Below are positions 48,853-62,188 of a stretch of 64,000 nucleotides of DNA, in pieces. This stretch comes from Eledone cirrhosa (Eukaryota), in the NCBI GenBank assembly GCA_964016885.1, contig OZ024740.1, positions 174,282,001 to 174,346,000 on the forward strand. The letters run 5' to 3'. The position numbers and the translations under genes were made by a program. The notes beneath the pieces are model-generated. The model was given only the letters and a program-made list of their open reading frames with translations. It searched no databases and was not told where the DNA came from. Position 1 is the first letter of the stretch. The number at the start of each line of letters is the position of its first letter.

Positions 48853-49060
48853 TACAAATGTTAATAAAATAGATGTTCTTTTGATCAATTACATTTTATT
48901 ATACATATTTCGGAGGTACAAGAGTACATCCTCATCAGACAAAATATAATGATACATGACATACCCTGAGACGTTAAATGGTTAAGATTTAATCAAATAT
49001 GTATAATAAAATGTAATTGATCAAAAGAACATCTATTTTATTAATATTGTATTTTAATAT
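48844..49060. repeat. fold-back element, ~66-bp arms
   Basis: 48844-48910 is inverted at 48995-49060. Confidence 0.9.
48893..48945 (-). ncRNA. minimal type I hammerhead ribozyme, intact core
   Basis: AUUUUGU-CUGAUGA-GGAuGUAC(UCUU)GUACcUCC-GAAA-UAUGUA-UA/AUAAAAU. Confidence 0.82.
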
Positions 49061-49230
49061 TAATAACTCTGGAATATTATTTTACCGTAGAGTGCTTCCA
49101 ATCTACTGTAAAACTCATTCTCTGATATACTCATTCAATCTTGTTTAACTCTTTAATATATATATATATATATATGGTCGCATTCTTTAAGGGTATGTCA
49201 ATATTTATTTATAAAACTGCTCTATATTAT

Positions 49231-49293
49231 GTTTTATCTGATGAAAGTACACCATAATTTAACTTGGCGTCCTTGAAATATGTATAATGAAAT
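49231..49293 (+). ncRNA. minimal hammerhead in a solo fragment of the 41159-43160 family
   Basis: gttttat-CTGATGA-AAG..CTT-GAAA-TATGTA-TA-atgaaat; downstream flank matches 43110-43157. Confidence 0.75.
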
Positions 49294-49438
49294 AAATATG
49301 GTTTTATAAATATAGTTTCCATTTGTTAATATATCGTATATATATATATATATATTTAATATAGCAATGGCTTCATACGAAGGAAATTATACATATACAT
49401 AAATATATATATATCTTTATACGCACAAACACACACAT

Positions 49439-49471
<33 letters not shown>

Positions 49472-50311
49472 CGTATATATATTTATATATATATGTGTGT
49501 GTATGTGTGTATGTGTGTATGTGTGTGTGTGTGTGCGTGCGCGTGCGCGTGTGTGCGAGTGTGTGTGTATGTGTATGTTTATGCATATAAATATAAATAT
49601 ATATCAATATATATTAAAATACACACAAAAACATACACACTCACACACACATAGATACAGACACATATACATCTATATGAGGGTATGTGGTGGGTGTGTC
49701 GCAGCATAAATTGTCTGCGCAACGTCTCTTAAGGTCAACGTAAACTTGACATAAGACTGATGTCTGTAAATACTTCAAATAGTATGTTGAACGATGATGA
49801 TGATGATGGCGATGGTGAGGGTGATTATGGGAGTGCTGGTAATAGTAGCAGTGAAGATACCGGTGTTGATTGCTGTAGTCGGTGTGGGGGGTAGTAGTGT
49901 TTGTATATAGAGAGAGTATAGGTTATGAAAGCAGTGTTGGTGGTTGCTTGTGACGGTGGTTGTAGGCAATAGTGATCTAACAGTCTTCCGTATTGGAGTT
50001 AGTGGTAGTGGTGATGGTGGTACTGGTGGAGTTGGCAGTGCCGGCATACTGCGCTGAGGTGATAGTTAATATTGTAGCAGTGGTTCTGTTAATGAGGAAG
50101 AGTTAACTAGGAAAAAAAATTACTTCAAATTTACACACACATACATATACACGTATACAACATATGCACATACACACAAAGACACACTCACCAAACACAC
50201 ACACTTATATATATTTATTTATAAATATGATATATGTAATATATATATATAGAGAGAGAAGTGCATGTGTGTAAAGAGAAAGAATAAGAGGAAGGGAGGT
50301 GGAGAGAGAAA

Positions 50312-50470
50312 AGTGGTGAATTGGTCGAATCGTGTGAGCTTCGAAAAAACAGCTTGCCTTGTGGTATTCCTTATTTATGACTGAGTTCAAATCCCACTCA
50401 GTCCCAATTTGCTTCCCTCCTTGGTGTCGATAAATAAAGGACCATTGTAAGAAACTAGATTGGCATTGTT
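50312..50470 (+). mobile_element. old tRNA-derived SINE
   Basis: A-box-like start, GAGTTCAAATCC, decayed core gtcgataaataaag. Confidence 0.55.
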
Positions 50471-50539
50471 ATATAGACCACCATCTGAGGTATTTTCCTG
50501 TATCTTTACGTCCTCAGTCTAAATTCCTTCAAAGTACGC

Positions 50540-51460
50540 CAAAATCATCTTCGCCAAGCAGCAGGAAAGGCATGCGGTCAAAACAACACCAGCAACGGAT
50601 AAATGTTGTTGGATGAAATCAAGAGAAGGGATCTATCAGATGGAGAACTATATACAGTGGGGTATATATACACCTGTTCACAACCCCAATGACATTCTTC
50701 GTTGTCTGCACGTAGGAGTGTAGTCCTAAATATTCTTTTCTGTTTTTCTATTTCTCTCCTTTCTATAATGTTTTCCTTCTTTATTAGATGATGCACATGA
50801 CATACTTGTTCGTCTTTGTGTAACTCGCTGATAGGTATAAATTGTCTTTCCCTTGTCTCTACCTGTTTTCTTACGTCCCAATGCGTACTGGAATGAACGG
50901 TATCAACCAAAAATATCAAAATTGCAGTGATTTCCAGAGTCTGTCCGTTTTCCCCTTGTTTTCTCCATTGGCTTTGTCATGTGCGCCCCCTGTTTTGAAT
51001 TCATATTCTAAAGACTTAACCATGCTGGATTTTTTAAACAATATATGTAGGGTGTGTATGTATTTATATAAACGCTTTGCATGGAGCTAATCCCACTCTC
51101 TGAACATCAAATGCATTTACCCAAAAAGTAGAACTGGTCTACATCATTGGATGCAAACGAAGTCGTAGAGTTTATATCAGAGTGAATTCTCCTAGAAAGA
51201 TGTCCTAATGAAGACTAGGGGTCTTTCACTCCACTGCTCTCCTCAGAAACAAACTACTTTATTGAATGGTCGTTGACTCAACTGAGTTCCTCCACCCTTT
51301 GATGGGTTTCGTTTTTCATCCCGTAGGATGTTCAAAATAACCTTCCTCACCATGCAAGTTTTGTGGGCTTGCCGGTTTAGTCATCGACGACATGACCATG
51401 CACAGGTTGTATTGGGTTACATGTTGCCAGTAGCGCTCGCGAGCGACCTGACATACATAC
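50540..51460 (-). mobile_element. decayed RTE LINE 5' part (5' UTR plus APE scraps)
   Basis: CTAGGAGAA..ACTCTGATATAAA 5' UTR motif shared with 36175-36520; weak APE-like traces. Confidence 0.55.
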
Positions 51461-52019
51461 ACTGGACTGATATAAACAGAAAAAGCGAAACCAGTCGCTA
51501 AACTGGAATTGTATGCAGATCTGCTAATAGATGCTTATAAGGCGATGCAAGTTCGAGTTCTACCTGCTGCTCGTTTATTTGCTTTCTTCGATATGACTGT
51601 CAGATATGTCTCTACTTGTGCTAAACAACGACAAAAACAACATCAAAAGTATACTCTGCTAAAAGCTCTATAAAATATAAGTAGAACTTTTATATATTAA
51701 AATAAAGAACAATAGGTCTATGAAAGACAGGAGAGGATTTTATTTTTTACGGGATCAAGTAAATCGTAGATATTAACCACCAAAATATTCGTTAATCTTC
51801 AGAGTGATTTGGACGCCGCCACCGAATGGTTGACTGTGTATTGCTATTTGTTTAACAGCATATAGTGTTTCAGTGCGTTATCCAGAGTATAACACTTTAC
51901 TGTGGCCAGTCGAAAGTCTGATACAAGTCACCAACCTCAAATATTCCAACGTATAGATTAGCTGATTCTTTTTGTTTATTTTGCTTTGGTTTGGTTTGAA
52001 AAATGAGCTATACCCTTCA

Positions 52020-52300
52020 ATTTGGAGGCCCTCCCAGACAGACAAGACCAATGCAGTTATCGTTCCTCTTAAACATTCATAAGATGACAGATGCAAGAAA
52101 GACATGTGCAGGGGGGGATTCCAGTATGATGACTGTCTAGGGAGACAGGCCTGAGTGTCGTGGTTAGTACGAATCCAGGAGAAGTAACAAGAGGAGAATA
52201 AACCAGCGAATCTGGAATGTTTGAGAAGTGGCATAAGACAAAACACCCCAAAAGAGCAGGGGCTACTGTAGTACCAGTAGAAAGTTCAGTGAGAATAGAC
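52020..52300 (-). mobile_element. CR1/L2-group LINE 3' fragment
   Basis: RT...PRQSSYWN.P.HVF....FKR resembles the CR1/L2-group ORF2 C-terminal signature. Confidence 0.5.
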
Positions 52301-52619
52301 AGCACGCATGCATGACAGATGACTGAGTGTGTTGATTAGAAATTTCGCATCAATCAGTCGAGTGGCTCTGCGAAAACCATACTAGTGGTCAGTAAATATG
52401 TCGTGAGATTCTTAGTATTGGTAAAAATTTTACATGACTGTCGCTGTCATCTTTCATATTTTGGAAGTGTGAGCAGTTATCAGAGGAAATTGGCCGCTAT
52501 TTTTGAGAATGGTGCACACTGTACCATATTTCCAAATATCCATGAAAGAAGAGAGAGAGAGAGAGAGAGAGAGAGGAAGAGGGAGATGGAGAGAGACATA
52601 CATATAGACTGAGAGACAG

Positions 52620-53150
52620 AGACAGGGGATGAGAATGCGAGTCAATGAGTGAAAACGAGGGTAGTTGGAGCGTTTGATCAGGAGAGGTGCTCGCTCTGGT
52701 ATGTATTGTTTGAATGTAATTAAAGGACATTGAAATGACAAGTGGTTTTGTTTGTTTGAAGTGGCAGCAAGTACTTTAAAATTTGGCGCGTTTATGTGCA
52801 TGGGTGTAAGCCTGGTAAAGTGGAAAAGGATAGATAGTTTTGGAAAAGATTCACCTAGTATGTGCCCTCTGGGTCTTAAATTGAAAACGGGCAACAATTA
52901 TGGAGGATGTTTTCGCAGTAGTACTGCACTCTGGAGGGTAGGCTGACTTAAAGTTAGTCGAGATCCTTTTGGCTGCATTGTCACGGATGTTTTTGCAGAA
53001 GTTGCGGTGCGGGGTAAAAGTTGTACACCTTGTAGTGTAGAGGATGTTCTCCTAGCATCGCAGAATGGGTTATGGCCTGAACTTCTTTAACGGAACAGAG
53101 CGGTTGTATATGAGATGTGAAGAGACATTCCTGAGAGGTTAATCCCATAA
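52620..53150 (-). mobile_element. possible old PLE GIY-YIG remnant
   Basis: IVARFQ..HILGES..HF..NFKVLA..LLIK pattern; heavily decayed. Confidence 0.35.
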
Positions 53151-54703
53151 CTCAGAAAGGAACAGTTAGTGTACCACTTTTTATATTTCATCTGTAATAA
53201 GTATGTCTTATATGAGAACGATGCTCAAAGATGAACATCATGCTGTAATGGTACGTTTTTCTCAAGCACATACGTAAAATTGAATGTTTATTTATTTTTT
53301 TTTTATTATTAAATATCAGGTTTCGAAGACCGAATGAATAGTGTTAAGTGCTTCGGACCAAACCAGTTGAGGAAGATAAGAGTAAAAAGTCAACACTTCT
53401 GAAATACAAAGGTTGTTTAAAATGTTTATTTCTTCGTTCTGTGAGCTCCGATTATGAACTTGTTAGTTTAGTTATGATAATCTTCTATACTACATAGAAC
53501 TAATCTGTGTACAAATATTTAATCATTGATTTAACTTTAGCTAGGTCAAGTTATTGTGACAACATGTTATTTACTACATACACTAGTGACTATTATAGTC
53601 AACTGTTTGCTATTTCTTATTCTTATTTATTTAAAGTGTGAGAGGAATGAGAGTGGCGATCTTAATGTCTTTTCTCAGAGCAATATTGAATTATATGATG
53701 TAGCTATAAGGGTTCGAACAGAGATCGCTGTATCATTCTATCGACTCATGGAAGGATAAAAGAAAAAGCTGACACTGGCGAGATTTGAGAAATGAATATA
53801 ACTGCTGTAAGGCATTCAATCAAATACTCAGCAATTCCTGGCAATTCATCAACTGAGAACTAGAAAATATTTTTGATGTCTGTATATTTAGGATTAATGT
53901 TGAGCAACAGACAGCAAGCAGATCCAATTTGGGATTGTTTTGTTTACATAGTCTATGTTTCATTACATTTTCACATTTTATACTATTGCTTATTCGTGTC
54001 ATATTATGTGTTTCCATAAAGATTATATAAGAAACAAAAGTTTGATCTATAGAATAGAGTACTTTATCGGTCAACAACCTAGTCCATAATGAAGTAGTCC
54101 TCTACTGAGCAACGTAACCAACTTTAATGAAAATAAATAGCTTTTCGAAAATATCTGACAATTTGTTTGGATGTATCTAAACAATTAATCATAAAAATAG
54201 ATGTTAAGCTAAAAAACATGCTGTCTTAATTTTTTTATCTCGTAAAATATCCCTATTTTGCTTTGTATCTATCCATCTATCTCCATCTATCTATCTAAAG
54301 GAAGTTGTGTACCAGTCGAGCTGGTAAGTTTTTGTCTTTTACATATAAAAAACAAAAATTATTGTTTTAAAAAATATACCACTGTATAGATTGACCCTCC
54401 GACTAAATTGTCAGTGGGTGGGTCATTGAAATTTTCGCCCCCCAGAGGCGAAAATTTAATTTTCATAAAAATTTATAACAAATTAAGGTAAATTTCTTTA
54501 AGTCATTTGGAAGCCTCGACAATGCAGATGGGTAAATCTCCGGGTAACAAGATCCGGTGGTGGAGAGAGAGATGTAAGTGGGTGTACGTTGAGATGCGTG
54601 GCGTGTATAAGACTGTAACGTGTAGAGGAATGAAGGAAAGAGCGTAAAGGATAAAAATAAAAATAACAACACGAGGAAGAGTTACCTTGTGAGAGATTTA
54701 ATT

Positions 54704-54742
54704 GTCCCTATATATTTCGGATTCACATCCATCAACTGGGGG
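54704..54742 (-). ncRNA. decayed minimal hammerhead in the PLE 3' pseudo-LTR
   Basis: CCC-CAGUUGA-U-GGAU(GUGA)AUCC-GAAA-UAUA-UA-GGG; two core substitutions. Confidence 0.55.
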
Positions 54743-55142
54743 TTTATTCCGGGGGGGGGGGGTGAGGTTATCTGTCGGAAAGGTGCGAAACGTGTCCTCC
54801 GCTGTTCGTTGTTTTGAATATCTGAGGTATTCAGCAGAGCGCGCGTGCGCGTGAAATGGGGTCGATCAGGCAGGGGTCAGCGGCCGAAGTAGTTCTTTCA
54901 ATTGTGGGAGTGGGGTGACGCTAGCTGTCAGTCCATTCTCTGCCTGTTTGGTGAATGTTACTGTGTGTGTGTGTGTGTTGTTGTCTCGCTTGAGTGTGTG
55001 TGTGTGTCGTTGTGTTGTTGCCTTGTTCCTCTGTGTTGGCAGTGTAGTATGTTCGTATGGTGGAATGCTACTGTGTGTGTGTGCGTGTGTTGCTGTCTCG
55101 CTTGTGTGTGTGTGTGCGTGTGTTGCTGCATCGTTTGTTAAC

Positions 55143-57805
55143 TTAAACCAACCACCTCATTTCGCTTCTCTCGGATCGGTTGTTTAATTGTGGCCCTAGG
55201 CGTTTGATCGAAAGTGCTTCCTTGATACGTAACGTGCCGACGTTTCTTTTTGTCGCTAGAATTGTGACAATGTGCCTTCCGTCTTTGTTTCCGCATTTGG
55301 CTATGTGTTTCCAGAAAGACGAGGCCCTGGTTTTAGTGTGTTCCTTGATCCGTATGTGCAACGGTCGGATTATGCTACCTATATAGTATTGGTTGCACAT
55401 GTTACATTCTATCTTATACACGACGTACGTGCGTATGCAACAGTTCGCATGGCGCATCGAGCAGTTTCTGAGGCAGCACGCGTCAGTTGATTTCCCGGGT
55501 TTCCCGGAGAGGCATCTTCGCAGGGAGGGGCCCGAGTTGGCCAGGTGGATGTCGAGGCCCTCCCTCCGTATAACCTTGCGGATAGCGTTGGTGGTATTCT
55601 CGCCCAGGTGTGGCATTTTAAGGAAGCACTTGCCTTGGGTGCCTCTCTGTCTCTTGTGTCTGGTGTATCCTACTCTGTCCGTGAGCGAGGTAGGGTACCC
55701 GTTCGTCTCCAACACCTCGAGGAATCGCTTGGTATGAGTGACACCACTCGCGGGATCGCTGCATCTGTTTTTGATTCGCGCGATCTCGTTCGTGATGTAT
55801 CCTCTTTTGGCACTGTTAGGGAGGGCGGACTTGTAGTAGACGAACAGGTTCCTGCAGGCTGCCTTTCGGTAGAAGTTGCAGTGGATCCTTCCCTGTTCCG
55901 TGATGTTGATTCGGAAGTCGAGGAGGGGAAGTGACCCGTCGTCGTTGGGGTGTTCAATACTGAAGTCAATGTTCTCGTCCGTGTTGTTGAACATCTCATA
56001 GATTCTGTTCGCCATGTCTTGGGAAGATGTGAGGATGAGGATATCGTCCACGTACCTTGAGAAAAAGGCTACGGCGTTGGGGTGGCAGGCGTTGAGTGCC
56101 TTGCGCTCGAGGCTGTCCATGTAAGAGATCGCTAGCACACCCGACAGGCTTGATCCCATGGGCAGTCCCGAGGTTTGTTGGTATGTTTGGTCAAGGAATC
56201 CGAAGTAGGTGTTGTCGACGACGATGGATAAGAGTTGGTGGATGTCAGTGGTGGTGAGCCCGAAACAGTGTAGGTCGGTGGATTGGACGCGTTCCATCAG
56301 TATAGTGCCGGGACCGAGGTGTAGAGAGCGACTACATCAAGGCTGAAGGCATATCTGTTATTCTTTCTGGTGTCGGGATCCATTTGATGCAGGCGCTTCA
56401 ACACCTCCTCGGAGCTGTTAACGTGTCCCGGCAAGGTGTCTAAGATGGGTTTGAGTATTCTGGCTAGGAGCCATGAAATTTTGTAGAGTGGTCCTTCCAC
56501 GCTCGATACAATGGGCCTGATCTTCAGGTCGGGTCCCTGTTTGTGTGTTTTCACGAGGTGGTAGAAGGCGGGTAGTCTGCTGTTCCTCGTGAGGAGGTTG
56601 TATCTCAGCTTCTTCGGGAGCTTCCACCGGTCGCAGTTGTTGGTCCAGGCGGCCTTGATGTGCTCTTCTATCTGCGCGGGATTGATTCCCGTGACCTTGG
56701 AGTAGAGGTTGTCATCGTCAAGGTGTTGGAGGGCCAGGGTGTTGTAGGCCTCTCTGCTGATGACGCAGAAATCTTTTCCCTTGTCGGAGGGGAGGTAGAT
56801 GAGGTTCTTCTATTTTAGGTTGGAGAGAGTGGTGAGTTGAGATTTGGTGAGGTTGTGTGTTGTGCGTGTGTGTGTTTGTGAAGTATATCCGAGATGGAAT
56901 GTTTTTGCCTGATGAGTTTCGAGTTCGTGGTTGGTGGATGGGAGGGGTGGAGTGGGGAACTCGGGGTGGTAAGTGGGGAACTTGGGGTGGGTTGCGTGGG
57001 CGCTGTTATTTTCTGTGGCGCTGTTGATGGCGGTCACCCATTTAAGTTGGTAAGCGGCTCGACAAAAGTTGGCCTCGATGTTGAGTTTGAGTCTGTCGTC
57101 GAGTCGTTGTGAGACGATGAACTTGGGTCCGAGGTGTAGGAGTTTCAGCTCGTCGCTCGTGAGAGTGCCGGTTAGGTCGGTGACCAGGTGCGTCGCATCG
57201 TGGAGGTGTGGCTCGGTGTTGGTGGATGCAGCGGTGGCGGTTGTTAAGTTGTTGTTTTCCACGTGGTTCTGGTCCGTCTGTTCGTTAGTGTCGATGTTCT
57301 CGTTGTGGAGTTTAGACAAGATCCACTCATATTTCCGCATGAGCCGTTTTTTCTCGCATTGGACTCTGGAGTGGAAGCACTGGTCAATTGCTTTAGTGAT
57401 TTTCAGGAGCAAGTCGCCGGGTGTTATTGACAGTCGATGTGTCCGCTCTGAGAGTGTCCACTTATGGACGTGTAATTGGCGGTTGAGATGTCTCAGGATC
57501 TGTTTAATACACGTGCGGTGTATGCGGTTAGTGGTGTTTTGGAAAGCTGGTGTACGTAGGCTTACTAGTAAGCGGATGTTCCTGATGGTGTTGGGGATGA
57601 CATCGTTTTTTAGGCAGCGTTTCAGGAAAATAATTTGACAGCCAGCATTGGCCCATTTCTCCGACAGTCTAAACAGTTCCCTTACGGATGCAAACAATTC
57701 CTGGCTCAGGTGTAAGGATAAGAGAGTATTGAAGTTTGCTTGAAGCATTGTGGAATAACAAATTGTTTTAAGTATGAATGATAAAATTGAAGCGCTTCCC
57801 GCCAT
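55143..57805 (-). pseudogene. PLE RT-GIY-YIG ORF with one TAG and a few frameshifts
   Basis: Pieces 56810-57805, 56297-56809, 55143-56297. Confidence 0.9.
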
Positions 57806-57859
57806 AAGTGAAAATGGGAGCGTTGAAATGAATGGCAACAAGTAGTGACCGTAAATATC

Positions 57860-60800
57860 ACACCAAAACAAACGTATGGAAACACATACGGCACAAAAAA
57901 TAATTGAACAAGAAAAAAACACAACTTCACAAATGAACTCCACAACCACAAATCAAGCAATTGAGAACAACAAAAACAACAACAACCACGACAACAACGA
58001 CAACAACAACAACAGCAACCATAAACAATCTTTTGCCACAATAAGCAAAGGAACTTTTACAAATATTGATATTTCCAATGCGAAGGAAATGATCAATGAA
58101 GGAAAAAAATATATTACCTTCGAGGAAAAAGGGGGATTTAAAATAACCTCTCCTCCACGAGTCAAAGCCGACACTATACGAAGGACTGTGATTTTTCGCA
58201 CGATTTTGAACAAACCAAAAAAAAAAACGACTTTCCTTACTCAAGGCCAAATTGAAATCGTCTTGAAAGAGGCAATGGCGGAAATATAATACATACAAAG
58301 GGCTAAACTGTATGGAAGCATTTCGGTGCTCTTCAAAAGTGAGGCCCTTGCGAAAAAACACTCAGTGACCCCGGTCACCTCTGCCACACACACCTTTTTC
58401 CCTACATACATGGGAAAAAGAACACAAAGAATAAACATAACCAATATACCACCCAACATTAACATCTGGTGGATTCTGGCAGGGTTCTTGGAGGAGGATG
58501 AAAACACAATACTGTCGATTCAAAAATCCACAAGAAACACCTGGAACGGCACAAGCTTGGAAATGTTGGTCCAAATGAAACCGGACAGAATTTCCAAGAT
58601 ACCAGAAAGGGTACCAGTAGACGAAACCAATTACATCCACATTTCGGCAGAATGAAAGGAGGCCACATTGTTTTGAATGCGCGAGCACATCGCATTTAAA
58701 GGCCTCTTGTCCCCTCTTACGAACAAACACCACCACCCCCAAAATGTACTTTTACCAACACCAACTCCAAAACCACAACAACAACAACAACACACAAAGC
58801 AAGCAAACACAGAAAAACAAACAACTGTTCAACCACAAACAACAGAAAAAACACAAACAATTCCTCTGAAAAACATAGTCCCACCCCATGCCACTCCATC
58901 CAACACTACCACAATCACACACACAAACACAACATACCCCTCCCACACGCCCCTGATGACGATTCATCACCAGACAAGGCTACTTCTCCATCCCCAAGTG
59001 AAGATGAAGGAGAGCATCGTAAATCCAAAAAACAAAAAAAAGAGACCACAAAGCCACAAAAACAACAATCACCAACACAAACACACAACCACCAACACAA
59101 ATAACAACACAAACACCACCACAATCACCCCCTCCCCACTACCAGCAAAACAAACACCAACACCACCCGAAACACAAATTCCCAACATAAAAAGAAACCT
59201 ACAAAATGAACCCCCCCCCCCCGTCCCGAAAACAAAACCACGACATCACTCCAAACACAAACACCTACAACATAACGAAAGCTCACACAAGAACAACAGA
59301 CAAAAACCAACACAAAACAAGAACATTACACATACATAAACAGTGAAAACAAAACTTTAATGGAGGTCATCTTCCAGGACCCTTCGGTGAAAACCGAAGG
59401 GAAAACTTTTTCGAATTGTGCAGACAGATTTGAGCTGGCCGATAGATTTTCCGACTGTGCCACTGTGGACGTGGACTAATCTCAGCGGAACATCTAGATC
59501 GTACGTAGATAGGGTTCTAGTTAGAAAGAGGGATAGGGACATGTTAAGCTGTCCACAAATGTTCATGGTTGCCTATTCAGATCACAAATTAGTGACCTAC
59601 TTAGTCAACCTTGACAAAACCAATAGAGAGGGACCCGGCTACTGGAAGCTGAACTTGTTGTTACCGACATGCAAAGCCTACAGTAGACGGATTAGCACTT
59701 TAGTTAAGCAGCACTTGACGGGGTCCATTGTCAACAACAGATGGTAGTACTCTCTCAAGAGGGCAATTAGATTAAACTCGATAGGATTTAGTAAAGAATT
59801 AGCGTTAGATAGAAATAAGACCGAAAAGGAACTGGTAGATAAAGTAGAAGAGGCACTTAGGAGTGGCAACGTAGCCAGCGTGCTAGCGACGAGAACGGCA
59901 TTGGACCAGTTCTTCGACGCAAAGCACGAAGGCTGCGTTGTCAGAAGCAAAATACGTGCTCTGGGAAACGAGGGAGCCAAAGCTGTTAGCTGGGCCCGAG
60001 TGACGGAGGCGAAAAGTGGCAACAATCCACGATTCGGTCTTTGAAGGACCAAGACGGACGCATGATACGTGAGCCGAAGCAGATGTGCGCGGCCTTTCAG
60101 CGGCACTTTGCTCAACTGTTCGAGCAGGGCGGCGCGCCGGGAGGGGTTTTGGACTTCGGTCCATACCTCGACGGCCTGCTGCAGCTCTCGGACAGCGAAG
60201 CGAAGTTCTGCGAAAGGCCGATTTCAGCCGTTGAGATAGGGGACGCGCTGAGCCAATGCAGCAAACGCAAATCTCCAGGTCTCGACGGTCTACCCTACGA
60301 ATTTTACGTAACAATGCCGGCTTTGTTCTCTGTTCTCCTGGAAGCGGTCTACTGCAACTGGCAGCAGAACGGAAGAATTCCAAGTTCTGTGACCAAGGGC
60401 GTAGTCACGCTAGTCAGGAAGGACGAGAATAAGAGGGATGACATAGGCAACTTCCGGCCCATAACTCTGCTAAACAGAGTTACAGATTTTGGCCAAAGTG
60501 TTGGCAAAGAGGCTGGCGCTTGTCGTCGAAAACCTGGTGGGAGAAGCGCAGACATGCGCAATCCCGACCAGGTCCATACACGACAACCTCCATCGCATGC
60601 GATACATCGTAGAGAGGGTAGGTTGTAAACTCGGCTTCGGTGGGGCTCTGAGTTCAGTCTAAGGCTTTCGATAGGGTTGACCATCGTTACCTGGATGCGG
60701 TGCTCGAGGCGGCAGGCTTCGGACCCGTGTTCAAAGGCTGGATTGCTGCAATGCACAGCAGCAACATCTGCTCAAGGGTCAAGGTGAACGGCTACCTCTC

Positions 60801-62166
60801 GGAGCCGTTCCATATCACGCGATCCATCCGACAGGGATGCCCTCTCTCCTCCCTTCTGTACGTACTGACTCTCGAATCACTACTGCGGAAGTTGGAGTTA
60901 TTGCAGGGCATCCCTCTGGAACCGGGACTGCGGAAAGCGGCGTCGGCCTACGCCGACGACATGAGAGTAATGGTGTCGAGCACCTCACAGATCGAGGAAG
61001 TCGGCACCCTACTGAAGGAATACGAAAGGTACACAGGAGCGAAGCTGAACCGGGACAAGTCCATTGGTTTGCAACTTGGATCGTGGAGAGGCAAACCGAT
61101 GCCTTCCGATGGCGTCGTCGGACGCTGGACGAAAGGACCTGTGAAGCTGCTCGGGGTCTGGTTTGGTACGGACCTCCCGGTGGAGAAGAACTGGAACGAG
61201 GTGACGGCCAAGGTGTTTGCACTCACCCAGAAGTGGGACGAGTGCAAACTATCCTTGTAAGGTCGAGCGGAGGTAGCGAAAACTTTTATAGCGTCCGTCA
61301 TCTACTACCGCTTGACCGTCGTGCCTTGTCCAGCCAAAACGCTCACCAAAATGGAGCGCGCGCTCTTCCATTTCCTTTGGTAGGACCTTCCGTCCGGGAC
61401 CGATGGACAACTTCCAAAAGTCCCTGGCTTGGAAGTGCTACTGAGGAGCTCTACCAGTTTGAGACAAGCTCTACAGACACGGGCGCCCGGGCAGGGACCC
61501 TTCGAAAAAGATCTGTCCGAGATGCGTGCGAGACGAAGAAACCGTCGCGCACGCATTCGTACACTGCCCGGGCGTTACTGACACGTGGGGCTATGTAGAA
61601 CGACTATTGTCGCGGGTGGGACCAATCCGGTTGACCACCGAGTTCATCGTCATGATCAAACCGCCACCCTCCTTCAAAAACGAAGGAGAGGCGGTTTTCC
61701 TTTGTGTGATAGCTATGGCGAAAGAAGTTGTATGGTGGACGAGGTTAAAAGGGCTGAGGTCAGACACCTTTCTCTCCGGCCAACAATTGATTCTTTTTTT
61801 CAAATACCACTTTAGAAGAAGAATCAGGATGGAGAGAGAGGTGCTGTACCCCAGCAAGTTTTATGAAAGGTGGGTGAAAGTGGTGAGAATGACCCGAGTG
61901 AATGGGCCTTCTCTCTATATCAGCCTGTAGGTTGAGGAAAAAGAGGAAGAGAGGAAAGGGGTACTCACTCTTCGTACTCCTGGAGATGAGGGTTGCACAT
62001 TTTTTCGGGGGTATGTGTTACCCATATGTAATGTCTCCCCCTATTGGTGAAAATCGATTAATTTTTAAATTGCATTTGTGATAGTATTTTACACGTTTTT
62101 ATTGTATGTAAACTTCCCCCTTTGTTTTGTCCCCTTCTTTTGTGTCCCTGTGGCTAATAAAGAAAC
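57860..62166 (+). mobile_element. L1/Tx1-type LINE copy 4; 5' UTR missing, internal deletions
   Basis: ORF1 from ~57876, APE C-half from ~59418, RT (AYADD at ~60950), CCHC; 3' end CCTGTGGCTAATAAAGAAAC followed by (TATC)n. Confidence 0.92.
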
Positions 62167-62188
62167 ATATCTATCTATCTGTCTATCT

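Larger units (their letters stand above)
54660..57860 (-). mobile_element. Penelope-like element, near full length
   Basis: FLKRCLKNDVIP, LGPKF, LPSDKG, IRPIVS, SLDVVALYTSVP, GLPMGS, RYVDD, LPLLD, Cys-rich linker, VVYKIECNMCNQYYIG..RIKEH. Confidence 0.94.

Noticed and set aside
54429-54458. hairpin aaattttcgcc..ggcgaaaattt resembling a terminator
   Set aside because: The context is eukaryotic; possibly a subterminal hairpin of a small DNA element, but no termini were found.
56290-56815. selenocysteine or programmed readthrough in the PLE ORF
   Set aside because: The stop at 56810-56812 is TAG, and the TGA near 56297 results from a frameshift or deletion; the GIY-YIG is C-terminal, unlike the selenoprotein-encoding Naiad group.
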